A DNA stretch of 42,550 bases from a virus. Position numbers and translations under genes: made by a program. The stretch spans positions 1-42,550 of the IMG/VR virus record IMGVR_UViG_3300018875_000010; one strand, given 5' to 3'. Positions 41,218 through 42,550 of the stretch are shown one piece after another (position 1 is the stretch's first letter; each line of letters opens with the position of its first letter). The notes beneath the pieces are model-generated. The model saw only the letters and a program-made list of their open reading frames with translations, was not told the DNA's origin and searched no databases.

Positions 41218-41232
41218 GTGCAGTGACTGCAC
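41218..41232. repeat. 15-bp palindrome, exact (G centre)
   Basis: Intergenic, after the first MarR-like gene. Confidence 0.95.
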
Positions 41233-41330
41233 CTGACGCGGGAGGTCGCATCCCAAAGCTGCCTCCCACTTGGTCGCCTAACTTGGGACGAAGGATAAAC
41301 CGTACAGAATAAACGGGGACTACAAAAACC

Positions 41331-41702
41331 ATGACAACTAAGTTCGCTAAAGGCTTAACCATTCCGTCTTATGCCGAACTGTTCCTTGAGTGGAACGGTG
41401 ACATGCGCTCTCCGTTTCGCTATACGAAGGACGAGGAAGGTACTGTCGAGGTGCAGTTTGGCCCGATGTATCTGTCCATTGACATCGTCCGTAACAAGAA
41501 ACGACTGACCCTAGAAAGGACATTCAATGGCTATGAAGCCGCTCTCCCGAGCGATCATGTTCGTCGAGGAGTTCCGCAAAGTAGACCCGGAGCTTCCGAT
41601 GCACTCGGCCTTGATCCTCCTTCTGATAGCTCAGAAGCCGGGGATCAACCTCAAGGAACTCGTTCAAGCGACCGGGCTGGTGAAGTCGAGCGTGTCGCGT
41701 AA
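41331..41702 (+). CDS. questionable ORF; only the first ~65 codons look protein-like
   Basis: Overlaps 41527..41859 by 176 nt in another frame. The tail is R/S/G/P-rich, as expected for off-frame reading. Confidence 0.25.
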   Translation: MTTKFAKGLTIPSYAELFLEWNGDMRSPFRYTKDEEGTVEVQFGPMYLSIDIVRNKKRLTLERTFNGYEAALPSDHVRRGVPQSRPGASDALGLDPPSDSSEAGDQPQGTRSSDRAGEVERVA

Positions 41703-41859
41703 TGTTGCCGCCCTCTCAAAAGAGTACGGGGGCAAGGGCCTCATCACCATGACCGAAGACCCTGCGGATCGTCGGAACAAGGTCGTGAAGCTCACTCTTG
41801 AGGGCGAACGTATGGTGCGTTCGCTCCTTCACTACATCGGAGAAGAGGAGACCGTCTAA
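41527..41859 (+). CDS. MarR-like winged-helix regulator (110 aa), paralogue of 40861..41175
   Basis: SD AAAGGA. GINLKELVQATGLVKSSVSRNVAAL....EDPADRRNKVVKLTLEGERM. Stop overlaps the integrase start (TAATG). Confidence 0.7.
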   Translation: MAMKPLSRAIMFVEEFRKVDPELPMHSALILLLIAQKPGINLKELVQATGLVKSSVSRNVAALSKEYGGKGLITMTEDPADRRNKVVKLTLEGERMVRSLLHYIGEEETV

Positions 41860-42550
41860 TGGCAGTAAGGCCAAGAGGCAAAGGCTGGCAAGCCGACATC
41901 ACGGTCAAGGGTCGAAGGTACAGAGAGACCTTCGAGACCGAGGCCGCAGCTAAGGCTTGGGAGCATGAGGCAAGGGCCGCAGTCCTACGCGGGGACCCTT
42001 TACCACGCGCTAACGGTTCCTCTGACGGGACCCCTCCTGAAGGCGAACAGATCGACAGAGGGAACAATACCCTTGGGGCGATCCTCGACCGCACCTTCCA
42101 AAGGTTCTGGAAAGGCGGCGCATCCGAGAAAACCATGCTGATCTACATGAGGCAGTTGGAGGCTTACTTCGGGGCCGCAACCCCGATCCATCAGATCGAC
42201 ACGAACGCCATCGACGGGTTCATCGACTACAACATCGCCAATCACAACTCGAATGGCTCCGTGAACCGGAAGCTGGCTTGTCTGTCCAAGGCGCTCCGCT
42301 ACGCCCGAGACCGAGGGATCATCCAGTTCATCCCGAAGATCGAGCGCAAGAAGGAGGGCATCGGTCGTATCCGCTGGCTGACCCCGGAGGAAGAGAAGGC
42401 TCTGCTAGACCTCCTCCGCTCCTGGGAGAAGCCGGAACACGCCGAGGTCGTCACGCTCCTCATCGACACCGGAATGAGGCCCAAGGAACTCTATAGCTTG
42501 GCCCCTCGGGACGTGGACCTGAAGCACGACACCATCACTATCTGGAAGAC
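41859..42550 (+). CDS. int: tyrosine integrase, N-terminal part (continues at 128..479 after circular closure)
   Basis: ATG at 41859. The frame stays open to the window end and is in phase with 1..479. Confidence 0.9.
   Translation, partial: MAVRPRGKGWQADITVKGRRYRETFETEAAAKAWEHEARAAVLRGDPLPRANGSSDGTPPEGEQIDRGNNTLGAILDRTFQRFWKGGASEKTMLIYMRQLEAYFGAATPIHQIDTNAIDGFIDYNIANHNSNGSVNRKLACLSKALRYARDRGIIQFIPKIERKKEGIGRIRWLTPEEEKALLDLLRSWEKPEHAEVVTLLIDTGMRPKELYSLAPRDVDLKHDTITIWK
42424..42550 (+). repeat. 127-bp terminal overlap, identical to 1-127 (assembly circularisation)
   Basis: Base-by-base identity checked by eye. Confidence 0.95.

Overview
The window is a complete, circularly closed contig: bases 1-127 are identical to 42424-42550, so the unique length is 42,423 bp. 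It is a GC-rich T7/T3-like podophage (Autographiviridae-type gene order), and every convincing gene is on the + strand. Starting from the probable genome end, the order is as follows. (1) A roughly 1.5-kb mostly non-coding, repeat-rich region (37.45-38.95 kb) with a sigma70-type early promoter. (2) An early operon of three small genes (DUF3102-like, unknown, DUF2958-like). (3) Two MarR-like wHTH regulators translationally coupled to a tyrosine integrase that spans the window edges. (4) Two small ORFs, a full tRNA-Leu(CAA), and a single-subunit T7-like RNA polymerase. (5) A DNA-metabolism block: gp2.5-like SSB, endonuclease I, amidase/lysozyme with LysM, primase-helicase, family-A DNA polymerase, ThyX, glutaredoxin, gp6-like exonuclease, DUF5664-type and MazG-type dNTP pyrophosphohydrolases, and a class-II-like RNR. 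(6) A T7-order structural block: portal, scaffold, capsid, tubular tail A and B, internal virion proteins including a lytic transglycosylase, tail fibre with an S74 chaperone domain, and terminase small and large subunits. Nine copies of a promoter almost identical to the T3 RNAP promoter (AATTAACCCTCAC...) are present. The most interesting signals are four. (i) Four hammerhead ribozyme motifs with complete catalytic cores and compensatory helix changes: one sits in front of each of the three early genes (type III) and one closes the operon (type I), which suggests a self-cleaving polycistronic early transcript. (ii) A 15-bp palindrome, GTGCAGT(C/G)ACTGCAC, occurs 19 times exactly and 9 times at 14/15, plus 2 spacer-expanded variants. 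The copies are spread evenly round the genome. They hug stop codons and promoters, and inside genes they fall almost always in the one frame that reads Ala-Val-Thr-Ala. (iii) A GTTCC-N6-GGAAC inverted-repeat family is found only in intergenic DNA, including over the -35 boxes of two duplicated host-type promoters. (iv) TGTGAC repeats and a 24-bp direct repeat sit in front of the RNAP gene. No similarity search or covariance-model search could be run; protein calls rest on remembered family motifs and T7 synteny.
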